Shown piece after piece: positions 36,010 through 49,300 of a stretch of 64,000 nucleotides of DNA. The DNA lies in NCBI RefSeq assembly GCF_036321535.1, contig NC_087472.1:102736001-102800000 (forward strand), read 5' to 3'. The stretch's first letter is position 1, and each line of letters opens with the position of its first letter. The notes beneath the pieces were generated by a model that saw only the letters and a list, made by a program, of their open reading frames with translations, ran no database searches and was not told the DNA's origin. Made by a program: the position numbers and the translations under genes. The stretch comes from Camelus dromedarius. Taxonomy: Eukaryota.

Positions 36010-36860
36010 ATCCTCAAGCCAAAAACCTTAGAGTCATTCTTAACTCTTCTTTTTTTCTCTTATACCCTGCATATCTGATATTCCTGAAATCTTGTTTTGA
36101 TTTTCAAAATATATCCAGAATCCAGCTAGTTCTGTCACCTCTACCCATGTCTAAGCCTATACCAGGCCTTATCTGGACCCTTGTGGTTGCCTCCCAACCA
36201 GGCTTTCTGCTTTTGGTTTTGCCCCCTCCATAGAGCCAGTCTCTTCTTCATGCAGTATCTGTGAATTAGTTAGATGGTCAAACATCCCTGGACTCCGGGT
36301 CTCCCACCTCATTCACTATCAAAGCCCAAGTGCTTAAAACTGCTCCCAGGCCTTAAACAATCTTCTCACTGCCCAGCCCCCACCTCCCTTCAGTGGCATC
36401 CCTTCCCATTCGGTCAGCTCTTGTGGCCTTGAAACATGGGAGGCGGGTTCCCGCCCCATTCTCTTGGTCTGGCATGACTTCTCCCGAAGAATAGCTCCTT
36501 CACCTCCTCCAGGTCTCTGCTCAAATGCTATCTTCTCACTGAAGACTTTCCTGACCTCTTTTTAATGCGAACTCAGTCCCCCAAACACATACCTAACTGC
36601 TATCCCGACCTTTTTGTCTTATTTTCCTCCATTTTTCTTAACACTATCTTACATGCAAAATATAGTACTTATTCATTTGTTTATTGCTGGTTGTCCCACT
36701 TTGAAATATACGCCCCATCAGGGCAGAGGATTTTTGTCTCTTCTGGTCACTGCTGTATCTCCGGCCATGAGAATAGTGCCTGGCACCTACGTCATAGGTA
36801 ACTCAGAAATACTTGTAATAATGGAGTGAAAAACAAACGTATGAAAGAATAAATAAATTC
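36010..36860 (+). mobile_element. L2a-like 3' region
   Basis: ctcaagccaaaaaccttagagtcattcttaactc...caaaatatatccagaatcc...tctgctcaaatgc...agaatagtgcctggcac. Confidence 0.9.
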
Positions 36861-37497
36861 AATGACATGAAGACATTTTCATAATACAAAGTTAAGTCAA
36901 AAACTGAACTTAAAAATTTTATTTCTAAAAAAAGAAATCCCTAAACTTCTAGTATAAGCCCAATGCTGTTTACTGCATGTGCAGAGAAAAAAAGGCTAGA
37001 AGGAATAAAGTTAATAGTCATTATCTCAAAAGGGAGCATTCTTTTGTGTATTTTCAAAATGTTCTACAATGGCATTGTAACTTTCGAGTCAAGGAAAAAA
37101 ATCAAATTTTATTTTTTTTGTTTTTTTTAAAAACAATTTCTTCTTACCTTCACCATCCTGAATGATGGACTGGGCTGTCTTAATAGCCCTGTCTCTTCTC
37201 CACGCCTCCCTCCTGCCCTCTGTCCGGTAATTTGGCCAAAAAACTCCAATCATCGGTCATTTTGATGCTATAGAGTATATGCACTAAGGGAGTCGTTTGT
37301 CAGGTTTTGAGAGAATTAGAAATCCTGTTGAAAAAACAGTTTGAATAATTTTTTTTTGAAGATCAATTTTATTCCCACTGTATACTATGAATTTATATTA
37401 GTTACTTAGGCTCTAATATAGTAGTAGATGCTTGCTTGGCTCATTCTGGAGAAATTTAGTGCAAATTTAGAGGTTGGTTCTTAGAATTACAAGATTT

Positions 37498-38023
37498 TGT
37501 AGGAGAGGAGAAGTAGTTTTCCCTCTACTCTTCTGCATTCTTGGCTGAAACTCCCCTGTAATAAAAGACAGATTAACAGGAGAAAAACAAACAAGTTTAA
37601 TAACATGTATACCTCTTGTACACAGGGGAGGTGCCCAGGAAAAGTGCGTAACTTCCCGAAATGGCCCAAGCCACATTAGATACCCTCTCCAGCTAAAAGT
37701 AAAAGATGTTGGGGGAGGGGAGTGGGTTATGGGAGGTGACGAGGAAAAGATAAACAAGGTAAGGTTGTTATGTAGATTCAAGTTCATGCCTTCTCCATTA
37801 ATAAGTTTCTAGAGATTTAGGGTCATCCTTCTCTTTCTGGTACAGAGAGGGAGACACCCTAACAAATGAAGGCTTCCATTATAAATGTAAACGTCTCTTA
37901 CAAAAGGATAACTTCATTTTCAAAGCTTTTCCTGATTACTGTTTCTTACAAAAGATAATCAGCTCAAAATAATCCTTATGCCAAAGAGGCTTATTTTGGG
38001 GTGGCAAATTCTGCTCCTCTTCA
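37498..38023 (-). mobile_element. MER34-related ERV1 solo LTR
   Basis: tgtagg...cttca ends, near-TSD attt/atta; collinear with the copy at 30903-31420. Confidence 0.88.
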
Positions 38024-38315
38024 ATTATTTTATTCTACATTTGTTTTCTCCGAATGTGGACTAAAGGTAGACCTGTAAGATATGTGGATATGTTAGGTGC
38101 TCAAAATGGGATATAACCTTTTTCTCTATCTGATTCTTTTCCTAGAATAACAGAAAAAACAAAACAAAACCAGTAAGCTGGCATTTGGCCTTTTTATTAA
38201 AAAAAAAATCCCATAAATAATTTTGATTGGCAGATTTTTTCTGTTTTGTTTTTGGTTTTGTGTGTGTTATTGATGTAGCACAGGCTGTCAGTTATGGAGA
38301 CCTTTAACTTTAGAT

Positions 38316-38523
38316 CAGTGATTCTCAACTGTGGATTATTTGGCACCCAGGGGACATCAGGCAACATCGGTAAATATTTTTTATCTTGATAACTAGGGGG
38401 CAGGATTGCTACTGGCATCTAGTGGGTAGAGACATCTAAACATCCTAGAGAGCTCAGGATAGCACCTACAACAAAGAATTATCTGGTCCCCCATATCAGT
38501 AGTGCCGAGGTTGAAAAATCTTA
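38316..38523 (-). mobile_element. MER20
   Basis: cagtgattctcaac...ccaggggacat...gctactggcatctagtgggtagag...acaacaaagaattatctgg...agtagtgccgaggttgaaaaa. Confidence 0.92.
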
Positions 38524-41059
38524 TAATCTAGACAGAGAATGGGTTAAAGCAAACCCGGAAAGGATTAGCCGCTCAAAAGAATAGCAACAAAAGACGTCCT
38601 CTTCTTAGGCCATTTTCTGAGCCAGCCATCTCATTCTTGCTTTAGCTTATTTACTTTCTTGCTTAGTAGTTTAAAGTTTTTAATCACCTCCCAGCTGAGT
38701 GTTGTAGCTTTGGTACAAAGAGGAAGCTCTCAGCTCTAACCCCTGGGCTCAGTTCCATCCAGCAAGAGAAGCTGAATAAATACTTTGTTTTCTGAGGGGT
38801 TCAGTTGGGCTGGTGGAATTACTCATCACATTGCAATAGCATCTCCCACATGGATTACCCTTGAGTGCCTGAGTTGTCCTGGAGGCTGAGAAAAGCTGCT
38901 GATGACCTGAGCAAATACCTACAGAAATAAGGATCAATCAATACAGCTATTTCGGCCAGCTCTGCAAGGCTTGTCTCTGAGACAAATGGAGGTGGGTGTC
39001 AAAGGCATTTTAGGAGGCAGCACTTGGGGAGGGGAAACCCAGGCGTGTAGAGCAGCTCCAGGAGGCAGAGGCTGGACCTCTCTCTGCCTCAGTTTTTCCA
39101 TCCATCCAGGGTCTCTCTCTTTTTCTATCTCCACTCCCCCTGTCCCCACCAGCCCCATCCTAGTGTTTTTCAATTTGTGACAATAAGAACACAATGAGTT
39201 TTAAAGATCAGTTGTGATAATTATTAAGTGACACTGAAGACTTTTTTTTCCCTTCGCCTTCTCATTCATGTTTTCAACCACTGTGTTTGTTTTCATGGTT
39301 TATTAGAAAACAATAGGGTTCTAAGTTTACATGCTTACTTTTCAAATCGAAGTTACATTTTTGAAACCTAAATATCCCAGGCCACTCCAGACTGTGAGGA
39401 AGGGTGTGGTCACATTAACAGTAATATCCCCCAGTTTTTTGCTCCTCCTAGCCCTTATGTCTTTTCCAAAGGCTCTGCACGTTAGGCAGGAGGAGTTCCT
39501 CGGGCAGTGTTTTACAAAGCTGACTCTAATAGGCTCTGACACCATCACTGCTACCTGTGACTGTTGCAGCCACTCTGGTCCTCACATGCTTCTGTGGCTT
39601 CTCAGCAGGGCGTAACTGCTACTGCACGGTCTTCATTATCTGCTGCTGTTTCCCAGTGCTGAAGTCAGGTGAATGTTTCCTCCATCTTTCTCCATTTAAC
39701 TCAGATCAGGAACAGCCCAGTCTTATAAACTCTCTCATCAACACAACTCTTGGCTTATGTGCCTAATTCCCCTCTCCAGTGAGGCTCAAAAGTAGCCTGT
39801 CTGGCCAGTTTGTGTTTGGATAGGAGAGTATGGGGACAAAGCCACATAAAAAGTTATCCCTTTATCTCTCCACTGACTTGTCCCCTCCTCTTCCAGGGGT
39901 CACTGTATCATAAATCCCAACTTAGCAAAAAAAAAAAAAAAAAAAAAAAAAAAGGAAAAAAAGTACCACCCCTAAAGCATATTAACTCCCGGAAAGAGAT
40001 ACTTTGCAGACCAGCATCAATCATTGAAATATTCTTGCTAATAGGACAGGCACACTACAAAACACCTTGAGGTACAGTTTACACTGTGGTTTACACAAAT
40101 GGCATCCTAAGATTGACTTCTAGGAATATATATCCCAATTGGACTTTGTGACCCCTTAATTATAATTTACCTATAATCCTAACAGATGTGTTGAATAGCT
40201 CTAGCATATCTCTAGTTTCCACGCTTTATACGGTGAATTATTCCTCCCAGTGTTCATACTTTGAAGCACAGAACATGTGATTTTGATATGATCATCTTTA
40301 TGGACAACTACATGGTCTGCTGACAATGCACAGCCTGATCTTGTCTTCTCAAGCTCCAGGCCCTAGACTGAGTCTGGGGCTTGGCAGTGTAATGTTTGCT
40401 ATGCCTACATTTGAGATGGAATTGACAAATAGAAATTGAAATAACATGCCAGGAGACTGTTGAAAGGTGTCATATTTCTGGCTGGGTTTTCAATTTAAAG
40501 TCTATACAATGATAGAAGTGGGAACTCTGGGGTGGGAAAAGAAGAAATTTGGAAGCTACAGAAGACTGTCAGTCAACTAGCTATCTTGACAGGTTGACAT
40601 GTTATCTTGAATGGAAGCATCATTGATGGATGTTCTAACATTGGATTGAATTCCCTGACCACAGGGTAATCTCATTTTAGGCCCTAGATGACTTACTAAA
40701 ATTTGTTGTGTCAAAAAACATTTAGTCTGGATCATATTTTATTACTGATTTAAGCATATATACACAAAAATTGTTTTTTGGAAAATGTAAGAAGAAAAAT
40801 CCACAGAGGCATCTCAGCATTCCAATGAAGAATATTTTCCTTTAGCTGGTAGAGGGGTATGTCATTCACTCAAACTCTTAATTTAGTACAGCACACGTGT
40901 AGTCCTTTTAAAGTATTCATGTATTCAAAGTGTGCCACACTGTCCGTTCACTCCTGTGTCACCGCAAGCTATCACTCCCTTTAAAGTCTCTGGAGCATGT
41001 AAAATATCACATTGACAATGTCACTTTTTTCTGATGTAAAGGTCATCACAAAAGCCAGT

Positions 41060-41409
41060 AAAGTCTTTCAAGGATTTTACTTCCCATAGCAGTAGGCTGA
41101 ACCTTAACTTTCACGTCCTCAGTCCCACCTGTGCTGTCTTACACTCTTCCCTCTGGAACACTCTTCTACCCCATCCCCACCATTACCCTCCAGTTGCTGG
41201 GCTAAATTTCCCTGAGGAGTCTTCCTTGATTCTTTATCCCTGCATTGGGAACCTCTCCTATAATTCCAAAGTATCCTGGGTCAACCCTTTTGGTAGTGCC
41301 TTTGACACTGATTTGTAACGGTTCGTTCCCTTTTGAATCCTCAATAGATTTCAAGCTTCTTGAGAGCAGGAGCACAAGCTTGTGTTGGAAGCATAGAAGT
41401 CACTCAATG
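41060..41409 (+). mobile_element. L2 3' fragment (tail continues at 42285-42320)
   Basis: ttccctctggaacactctt...agatttcaagcttcttgagagcagg; ctcaatgaatatttg after the L1. Confidence 0.7.
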
Positions 41410-42269
41410 GAAATGCAAATCAAAACTACAATGAGGTATCACTTCATACCAGTCAGAATGGCCATCATTAAAAAGTTCACACACGATAAAGCAGGAGAGG
41501 GTGTGGAGAAAAGGGAACCCTCCTACACTGCTGGTGGGAATGTAGTTTGGTGCAGCCATTATGGAAAACAGCATAGAGATTCCTCAAAAGATTGAAAATA
41601 GACTTACCATATGATCCAAGAATCCCACTCCTGGGCATATATCTGGAGGGAACTCTAATTTGAAAAGATAACTGCACCCCAATGTTCATAGCAGCACTAT
41701 TTACAATAGCCAAGACATGGAAACAACCTAAATGTCCATTGACAGAAGACTGTATAAAGAAGTTATGGTGTATTTATACAATGGAATACAACTCAGCCAT
41801 AAAAAATAATAAAATAATGCCATTTGCAGCAACATGGATAGGCCTGGAGAATGTCATTTTAAGTGAAGTAAGCCAGACAGAGAAAGAAAAATACCATATG
41901 ATATGACTCATATGTGGAATCTAAAAAAAAAAAAAAAAAAAAAAAAAGACAAACAAACTTATTTACAAAACAGAAATAGACTCAGAGACATAGAAAACAA
42001 ATTTACGGTTACCAGAGGGAGAAGGGGGTGGGAAGGGATAAATTGGGAGTTCGAGATTTGCAGGTACTAACTACTATATATAAAATAGGTAAACAACAAG
42101 TTTATACTGTATAGCACAGGGAACTGTATTCAATATCTTGTAGTAACCTATGGTGAAAACGAATATAAAAATGAATATATATATGTTCCTATATGACTGA
42201 AGCACTGTGCTGTACACCAGGAAGTGATGCAACATTGTAAACTGACTATAGTTCAATAAAAATAAAAAA
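41410..42269 (+). mobile_element. Young 5'-truncated L1 with perfect 15-bp TSD
   Basis: EMQIKTTMRYH...[22 protein letters not shown] agaagtcactcaatg (41395-41409, 42270-42284). Confidence 0.97.
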
Positions 42270-42631
42270 AGAAGTCACTCAATGAATATTTGTTATTTGA
42301 TGACTTAAATAATGAATTGGCCAGCTATCTAGACCTATTTTTTATACCTAATCCCAAATTGCCAATTGAAATGGAGCTCCTCACTTCTGTTTTCCTTATC
42401 AAGTGGATATTTGAGAAATGTATCAAATGAACAGGGGTGTAGGAAGATGACTTTTAGTTTGCTTTATATCAGTATGGACATGGTCCTCAAGCCTGCTTTA
42501 TTCAGAACAAGACATCACTCTCTTGATCGTGAACCTACAAATAAATGGCAACTGCTCAAGTTATGTATAGGACGATATGAGCACATATTTGTATTTATTA
42601 ACCCTGGATCTCATATCAAGAGACACTTGAA

Positions 42632-43070
42632 ACTGACAACATAACGCCATTTGCAGCAACATGGATGTTACTGGAGAATGTCATTCTAAGTGAAGTAAGC
42701 CAGAAAGAGAAAGAAAAATACCATATGAGATCACTCATATGTGGAATCTAAAAAACAAAAACAAAAACAAAAACCATAAATACAAAACAGAAAGAGACTC
42801 ATAGACATAGAATACAAACTTGTGGTTGCCGGGGGATGGGGGGTGGGAAGGGACAGACTGGGATTTCAAAATGTAGAATAGATAAACAAGATTGTACTGT
42901 GTAGCACAGGGAAATATATACAGGATCTTGTGGCTCACAGCAAAAGAGAATGTGACGATGAATGTATGTATGTTCATGTATAACTGAAAAATTGTGCTCT
43001 ACGCTGAAATTTGACACAACATTGTAAAATGACTATAACTCAATTAAAAAAAGTTGTTTTTTTTTTTAAA
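42632..43070 (+). mobile_element. Young L1 3' end (different 3'UTR subfamily) with 14-bp TSD
   Basis: gccatttgcagcaacatggatg...gagaatgtcattctaagtgaagtaagcc; TSD aagagacacttgaa (42618-42631, 43071-43084). Confidence 0.95.
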
Positions 43071-43734
43071 AAGAGACACTTGAAGTCTCTTAGGAGCAGG
43101 AAACATTTTTTTTTCATTTTTCAGTTTTATTAGGTAAAATTTAAAACATATTAATAAGAGTATACTTACTAAAATTTTCTCTTTCCATTTTATCAAGTAT
43201 ATACCTGAATTATGACTAATTTTATCTCTGGTGGTAAGCAAGTGAATCATTTTGGCTGTGATGGGGCACTAATAGTTTTATCATCTTGGCTAAGTTTTGG
43301 TATTCTTGCTTCTTAATTGTATAATAAAATCATCATTGTACTGTGACTCACCATTTTAACTGAAAAAAATTAAACCAACATTCATAGGCCAATGCTATTT
43401 AAAAATGAAAGATAGCTTGCCATTAAAAGAAAAAATCTGACATTAAGCAACAGAGAGAGAAAAAGAAATTCTGAAATCTCTTTTAAAATTCAATTCATTA
43501 TTCTCAGAAACAAAATGGATTTCCTTTCAACATGTTGGAATAAAAATTGGAGTTCTTTCTAAAATCGTGACAAGTTTTATCTCTGGGTATAAAATTTTAA
43601 ATAGAAAGAGTGATAGCAAGTGATAGGTCTTTATCTGGTAACATGGAGATAAATGATTTTCCTAAGGGTATGAGGACATAGAAAATGAATCATTTTTGAA
43701 CATGCTTAGGTTTGCAACTCAGTAACTCTGAAGA

Positions 43735-44065
43735 CAGTGGTTCCCAGAATTTTTGCCATAGTGGGTATTTTTTTTTAAAGTAAAAATTTCATGGACTCTT
43801 TCCCACCGATAAAAATTATATTTTTAATGTTTGTTGCTTAAACAAACCACAATAAAAAAGTTAAGATGATGTCAAAAACTGCTTGAAAATCATGTGTATT
43901 TGATTAATAACAAAGTGCTTTAATACATTTGAAAAATAGTGGTTCAGAAGTGTTTAAGAGACTATTTAGCCTTTCTACATAAAATGTTTCAAATGTATAT
44001 GGGTTCTTGGGCCCTTGGTAATAATTCCTAACCCTTGGGGTCTGTGATTGCAGACTGGGAACTAG
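43735..44065. mobile_element. hAT-Charlie-type MITE
   Basis: Terminal inverted repeat cagtggttcccag ... ctgggaacta. Confidence 0.55.
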
Positions 44066-44746
44066 AGGTGGGACTTATAAAAAGTTAACTCACTTTGATG
44101 AAAATTACTTCTACTATGCTTGACAGGACATTTTTGTCATCTCTTAAGTCTTCCTTTCCTTTGCACAATATATGAGATTGTTTATGATTACCTTTAACTC
44201 TTTTCCCCCAATGTTTCAGAAGCTTTAGTTGTTTACTTTCAATGTACTTTAAATGAGGTGTGTACACGTCCAGGTGAGTGACCCACTGAAAACACATCTT
44301 GGCTAGGCTGCAGACTCCCTGGCACAGTTAGAGTCCACAGGCAGGGATAACTTACCTCTGGTTTGTGAATTCATCATGCTGCACTGTAATCATTTCTTGA
44401 TTCACTGAATTTAAGATGCCTGTAATTAGAGGAAATTATTTCATGTAACACTTAAATAAAGAAAAAAAAGTTGCAAATTAAACTTGGGCATGATGCTTTC
44501 AATATTATTTAGTTTTCATTTTATTTTTAAGTTTATTAAAAGAGCTGTTTTGCACACATTCAGGCATAGATTCTAATCATGTCACTATTGTCCATTCATA
44601 AAATGAAAAATACACATGAAATAAATTGGTTGAGGTATTCCTAAAACCCTTTCCCATTCAGGATTTAATTTTCTAAATCATTTGCTACTCAGAGGCATTC
44701 ATGTTCACCTTTCCCCACAGTATCGTCCCATCAACAGCATTGTTGC

Positions 44747-45107
44747 CATACTACCCAGAGCAATTTACAGATTTAATGAGATCCCTGTCAAATTACCTGG
44801 GACATTTTTCACAGAACTAGAAGCAATAATCCTAAAATTTATATGGAACCACAAAAGACCCAGAATTACCAAAGCAAATAAACCCACAAACCTACAGTCA
44901 ATTAATCTTCAACAAAGGAGGCAAGAATATATAATGGAGAAAAGACAGTCTCTTTGGCAAGCGGTGTCAGGAAAGCTGGACAGCCGCACGTAAATCGATG
45001 AAGTTAGAACACTCCCTCACACCATACACAAAAATCAACTCAAAATGGCTTATAGACTTAAACATAAGACATGATATCACAAAACTCTTAGAAGAGAATG
45101 TAGGTAA
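44747..45107 (+). mobile_element. Tailless L1 ORF2 fragment with 14-bp TSD
   Basis: [38 protein letters not shown] and [14 protein letters not shown] aacagcattgttgc (44733-44746, 45108-45121); no 3'UTR or poly-A. Confidence 0.92.
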
Positions 45108-45347
45108 AACAGCATTGTTGCTGAAGCATTTCTTTAAAGTCTGCTCTCCTAGTATCTCTGGATTTTCACCCAAGCCACTGACATTCACTCTGCTATCTGA
45201 AGGTGCTGACAAAACACTTTCAGAAAACTAGGATTCATCTTCCTTCCTCATATTGCCCTTAAAAATGGTGTGTTGACTGAAATGTCAAGGGACTGCTGTG
45301 GCCACTCATACCCCAAGGAATAAACTAAGTTCCATAATCACAGGCAA

Positions 45348-45930
45348 TGTGGTAGACAGCTTCTAAAATGGCTCGCAATGACCTGCACCTCCTGGTATTC
45401 ACACCCTCATATAATCCCCTTCCCTTGAGTAGGGGCTGGACCTAGTGACTTGCTTCTAAAGATTAGAACTCACCAAAGTGATGGGATGACACTTCTGAGA
45501 TTAGATTACAAAAGCTGACTTCTTTCTGGCTACCTGACTCTCTCTCTCCCTCTCTCCCTCTTGCTTGCTTGCTCTAGTAAAGCTACCTGTCATATCATGG
45601 GTTGCCCTGTCTGGAGACTGCTAGGCAAGGAACTAAGGGAGGTCTCTGGCCAATGGCTTATGAAGAACCAAGGCCTCAGCTGAATAGCCCATTAGAAACT
45701 GAATCCAGTCAACAATCACCGGAGTGAGCTTAAAAGCAGATCTACCCCCTGCTGAGCCTTAAGATAGTTATGGCCCCAGGAGATACCTTGGAGTCAGAGG
45801 GCTCAGCTGAGCCCTACCTGTTCTCCTGATCTATTTCATGTAATAAAATATTTCATGTAATAAATGTTGTTGTCTTCAGCCTCTAAGTTTTGGGGTAATT
45901 TGTTATGCAGCAATAGATAACTAAGATACA
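45348..45930 (+). mobile_element. MaLR LTR (MLT1E/F-like)
   Basis: tgtggtagacagcttctaaaatggctc...cacctcctggtattcacaccc...ctaagttttggggtaatttgttatgcagcaatagataactaagataca. Confidence 0.92.
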
Positions 45931-46239
45931 TATGGGGGCAATACATTATGAATACACAATGGCAACCACATGAATGTTACCTGGCTGACAGCAGTTATAA
46001 ATTGCCATTGACTGAAAGATGCATTTCAATTTTAGAGATGATAAATATGAATAAATAACCTACATTTTAGAATAAATGGAAAAGTAGAGTAGTTTACTTG
46101 CTGGTCTTCACCATCAGCATGAGAAGTCTTTGAGTCATCCAGAGAACCCTCATCTTGGACCTGGCTATTAAGCTCATAGCTCATCTTGAAATGTTCAGAG
46201 AAAGATGCCTAGTCAAGGTTCCCACAGGGCACTGTCCAC

Positions 46240-46340
46240 CAGGGAAGGGTGAGCACTCTCTAGGTCATCAGGAACACACTGTGTTGGGTAGTGTCTGGCA
46301 TATAGTATGCAATCAATAAGTATTTTTGGATGAATGTATG
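46240..46340 (+). mobile_element. L2 3' tail
   Basis: agtgtctggcatatagtatgcaatcaataagtatttttggatgaatg. Confidence 0.7.
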
Positions 46341-49300
46341 CTGCAAAAATTAAGTGCTTCAAGTGGCTTCTAATCAATCCTGGGGGTAGCAAGGGAGAAA
46401 TAAAAAAATCTACACATTTCTTCTTGGCTTTTACATACACTCTGAAGACATAGGAATAAAAGTGTTTGCAGCCCTACTGGCAAGTTTGCCCCTGGCGTGG
46501 ACAGGAAATGGATTCATGGTGAGTCCAGGCAGGTGATGCCCCAGCAGCCTCATGGGTAGGTGCCATCTCTGTACCCGAGTGGAGTGATAATGGAGCAAAA
46601 TAATCTCCAAGTCCTTAACAATGAGCCACAAGTAACTGATCCGCTGGATGAGAAAAAGTCAGGACAGAGGAACTTTAGGATCAGATACTTCCTATTTTCA
46701 TCTCCTTGGTAATATTTAAGAACCTTTGGTCTTAGACAAAGTGTGCTTTGGAGGAAACCCTTGAAATGACTAAGATTAGATTTCTGTCACTCCCACAGAA
46801 TGGGAACTAGAAAAGAAACCAGATTCCTAGAGACAATGAACAGCTATCCTAGGTAAAATTAAGATAATAGCTCTAATGAGGAAACTCTTGAATGGAGACT
46901 AGAAAGAATAGGCATGCATCTGAATATCCTCTCTTAATATCAGCTCTCTTTACTGGAGAGATCGATGCAGACAAAATTAGACATTAACATATTATTGCAT
47001 ACTGCATAAGGTTGATTAAATTGGGGCTTGAAATCTGCAGAAAATGCAGTTGAAAATAGAGGTGGGTGATGTTTAAGGATCTCTGGGGAGAGGTGGTGTT
47101 GCTTCCTACTGCTTACATTCAGGGAGATTTTATTCACTTTATGCTGGCGATCATCAGTAGTGAGTAATTTTATATCAAATAAGCATTCTTCTTAAGCAGG
47201 CATAGCGCCGATACTCAATGAATTAAAGAAAATAGTTTACATTTACCCAAGGTAACCCCAGAAGTCCCCAGTGGAGTTCAAAATGTTTTCTCTCACAGCT
47301 TGAAAATATGCAGGAGAAGCCTATGAGCTGTGAGCACCGTCTGTCCTGTGGGCCAGTCAGTCTGACCTGGAGGGTCAAGTGAGCAGACACGCTGGAGAAG
47401 AGTCGGTGAAAAGGCATCTCGAACACGCCTGTCACCTCTGCTCATGCCATTCAGGTTGTCTGCCTCCCCTAAATCAGCTGTGTTGGCTCCCAAGCTTGTT
47501 TATGCCATTTTTACTTGTTTTCCTAATTCCTTGATTGAACCAAAATATTAGATAAACCAGTGGAGTTGGTGTAGAAAGAACATTGTTGTTGTGAAAACTT
47601 GAATCCCTTTGGAAAGACTCAATAAATGCAAATTGCTTTAAAAATTGCCGCCAGATTAGACAGCAGTGGAAAAAAAGTAAAAGATGGAGTGCGTGGAGCA
47701 AAACAATTTCAGAGGGTGCTTTACTGAAATGGCTTCCCTGGAGTCTAAGTTCTCACTTAAGGAAAAAAAAAATACCACTGGAAATAACAGACTACATGTT
47801 AAAGGAGTAGATTATTCAAGTATGGTTTTTTAAGTGAAAATTTCAATATGTTGGGTACAAATGTGAAATAGTTTTCATTTTGGAGTAACTGCCACCAGCT
47901 GTGCTCTGGCCACTCCTTTGGGAGTCTCATTTTTATGATAAAACTTCTTAGTCACTTTTAGTCATTAGAACGATGTCATTCCAGTTTTTAAAGGATTCTT
48001 GTTAAACTTTCAGTCTTTTACTCGTAAAGCTCTCCTCCTTATCCTCTGTGGCCCTCTGATTCCCCTGCCCCTCTCCCCAATTATCCCTCTGGTGAGGGGA
48101 TGGGGAAAAGGGAGAGGAAAAACAGACATTGTCTCTTTACCCAGAAAGATGGGCTTCTTAGCTGGGGCGGTCGTCATTACTGCTATAACTAAGCCTTTAA
48201 AGGCTGAACATGGACATATGTGGATGGGTGAGGGTCTCAACAGATCTTGCTGAGTAGGACCACAAACCAAAACAGCTCCTTTGGGAACAGCCCAAATCCA
48301 TCTTCCATGTTCATGGGGAAGCCCAAGAGGGTGGCCCTTATTATCGCTCCCTAATGCTCCATCCCCCACCTGGGTATCAGCCAGGCAGGGCAGTAAGCTG
48401 AGCAGACATCCAACTCAGGAGTGTGATGTCTGCCTTCTTTCCTGCAAATGTTCCCCAGTTATTCAGGATGTTGCCTCCCCTCACAGGGAGTAGAGGGGAT
48501 GGCCTCTCTGCCTGAGCACCAGTCTACCTCACAGGCTCACCTCTCTCTTCTCCCCAGTCTTTCATTTGCATGGAGTAGGGCAGAGGCAGGAGAGGAGAGA
48601 AGCTAGTTCTGCTGGCTCTTCTCCACAGTCCTGGAGGCAGGTGGCTGGCTAGAGTCCTGGCTACTTTTGTAAATTTAAGGTATGGCCCACATAATCCCTT
48701 TTTCACTTTCAGCTATGGGACTTGATTTTCCAGACTTAAAAAAAAGAAAAGCTGGAGAAAACCCCACTCAACACCTAACACCATCTCTTGACATAAGCAG
48801 GACAACTTGGAATTCCAATCAGACCTACCCTGCAGGAAGAAGGCATGACCTACAGCAAAGGACTGGCAAGTGAATGTCATGCTTATGACATGTACATCTT
48901 ATGATTCCTAATATTGAGTTTTTCAGTTTACAGATCTGTTCCGATCACTTGAAATAAGAAGACTTCTATGTAATGCAAGCAACCAAATGTGGGATTTTTC
49001 ACTCTCCCCACTTTCTCCTGAAATAGCCTCTCTTCTGTTTCATTATACTTTATCATCCTGCAGTGTCCTGGATGTAAAACAAATACAAGGCACTCCCCCT
49101 TTGCTTCTTCAGGTTCTGAGGTCACAATTCAGCTTGCTACTGTCATCTTTTTAAAACAACTATTCCTGAACAACTTCCTTAGAAGCCTTTATACAACTTG
49201 CATCAACATAATTATTTCATTTCTCACCACTTGTCCCCTAAAACAGTCGATACGAAAACTTTTTTAAACTGTTGAAGATTCTGGAATCGAGATTATAAAG

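Larger units (their letters stand above)
44398..46090. mobile_element. Tigger-type (Tigger13a-like) DNA transposon split by L1 and MLT1
   Basis: Left end ttcactgaatttaagatgcc...attatttcatgtaacacttaa; right end aagatgcatttcaattttagagatg...ttagaataaatggaaaag. Confidence 0.65.

Noticed and set aside
30903..38023. Full provirus bounded by two same-orientation LTRs
   Set aside because: The interior is MIR, L2, SINE and unique DNA with no gag/pol/env, and each LTR has its own near-TSD
39926..39953. Poly-A tail of a processed pseudogene
   Set aside because: No recognisable upstream mRNA-like sequence, poly-A signal or TSD
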